Made by a program: the position numbers and the translations under genes. Under the pieces are notes generated by a model, which worked only from the letters and a program-made list of their open reading frames with translations, did no database searches and was not told the DNA's origin. A DNA stretch of 52,778 bases, counting the filler, from Sphacelaria rigidula (Eukaryota), in NCBI GenBank assembly GCA_964200075.2. It is 4 parts of 4 records of this genome, joined end to end, with 100 filler letters (N's around TTAATTAATTAA, not from the genome) between each part and the next. Parts side by side here need not be neighbours in the genome. Positions count along the whole stretch, not along the records: positions 39,661 to 52,778 come from CAXNAA020003139.1; 3 more parts are not named here. One strand, 5' to 3'. Below, in pieces: positions 51,295 through 52,778 of the stretch (position 1 is the stretch's first letter; each line of letters opens with the position of its first letter).

Positions 51295-52778
51295 CCCCCA
51301 AAGAACGCTTGGCAGCCTGCCATCTTGAACCTAAAGGCGCACGAACACCTTAGCCCGCCGTGGTTCATGGTAGACGGTTGTGTAGAGGTTCTGTACCCCA
51401 TTTGTTTGCCGCACGATGGAGCGCAGGCTAATAATTTGGCCAAGATAAGAAGCAAACATGGAACAGTTTTTTTATTTGTCGCCACATGCGAACAAATGAT
51501 CCATGGCTACGAGGTGACCCCCAGTCCGACCAGAGACCCGTGGTCATCAGAAGGTGGCCGCAACCCTGCTGTGCTGTATCTCTGAGTCCGTTGTCTCGAC
51601 GGAGATGACGGTGACCATGGCGATGGTACACCCGGTCGTGATAGATCTTCTCATGAGTGGTGCAGATTCTGTGTTGTATATGATGTTCTTCGGCTGAGGT
51701 TCAGGAGAGAAGAGTGCGTGTTCATCGTGTTACGTCGCCAGTTTGGCCAACGTCGCCGAGTTGTTGTGTGGTCTGCACCCCCCCTGGGTGATGACCATGG
51801 ACGACGTTGTCGAAAAAGTGTACTGCGTACACTATCGACTATTGCGTATATTGCCATACGAGCTGGGCCAGTCGTGAAATGTACAAACGCACGCACATCA
51901 CACGACAACTTCTCAACTTTCCCGAATCAGTCCGATTTCGGCGTATCGCTGTAGACTGCAGATCAACCTGGTCGTTCACGCTCTGCCGATGAAAAAACAA
52001 CCGAAAAACAAATGCACGGCATAATATACGACCGTAACGACGGAATAAAAAAAAAATGGATCTGTCAGGATTCGAGCTCGATGATGTCCATCACTGTAGT
52101 CGTCTGTATCACTTGGCTTACAGGTGCACAGCGGTGTCACCCAAAAAGTGCCAGGCTGCGCCCAATTCTTCGGGAATTTTTGGCCGAATGTTTTCCAGGA
52201 TCTCCTACACGCAAGTATGTTCGTACAACATTTCTGAAAATGCCGCCGTTTTTCGTTTATTCATGGAGTTTCTGACGTTCTCCCAGTTTTTGCTGAAATT
52301 TCAAATCGCTCCATTTTCTGCTTTTTTTTTTCCCTGGCATCCCGAAAAATTCCTGTCGTGTCGATGATGAAATTATCAAGTCAAAATTTCAGCGCCTAGC
52401 CCCTACTCAAAGGTAGACCCGCCGGATGCGAAAACATTCAAGAATCAGTGTCAGCTGGCCCAGCTCGTAGACAATAAATTCCGTACTGTACGCAGTACAC
52501 CTCTTGACAATGTAATTGATTGTCCAGGGTGTGGTTTTATGCTGACTATACAGCGTGGACGGTCCTACTATGATGCGGTTAGGGCCGGGATGGCAACGAA
52601 GCCGTTGCAGAAAATGCCCGAATTCGTCGCACGAACCATACAGCGTCTCCGTCCCCCTGCCGCGCGCCCTCTTTGCCCCCCACGCCGATGATTCCACGGT
52701 TATGACAAATCATCACAACTCAAAATCACCAAATTCACGATTTTTTCGGCCTGATTGCCCAAAAGAGAGAAAAAAGTT

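Overview
This is eukaryotic, intron-rich and repeat-rich DNA, most likely from a brown alga (Phaeophyceae), judged from the EsV-1-7 repeat protein, long GT-AG introns and the repeat types. The window is not one locus. It is four contigs of 13121, 13120, 13119 and 13118 bp, sorted by length and joined by 100-nt N/TTAATTAATTAA/N spacers, so no linkage across spacers can be assumed. Contig 1 holds a decayed retroelement end with chromo-like and Tudor-like domains and a large EsV-1-7 Cys/His-repeat gene (-). Contig 2 holds a spliced eukaryotic bactofilin gene (-), a degenerate fold-back just upstream of it, and nested MITE/repeat elements. Contig 3 holds 11 phase-consistent exons of an NPC1-like sterol-sensing-domain transporter (+). 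Contig 4 holds 5 phase-consistent exons (+) that encode an ALKBH5/ALKBH9/10-like AlkB fold. All its Fe/2OG ligand positions appear to be substituted, and it is joined in frame to the start of a Trm9-type tRNA methyltransferase domain. This fusion is the most unusual observation. Exon models were built by hand from splice signals and reading phase. Protein family comparisons are from memory; no database search was run.
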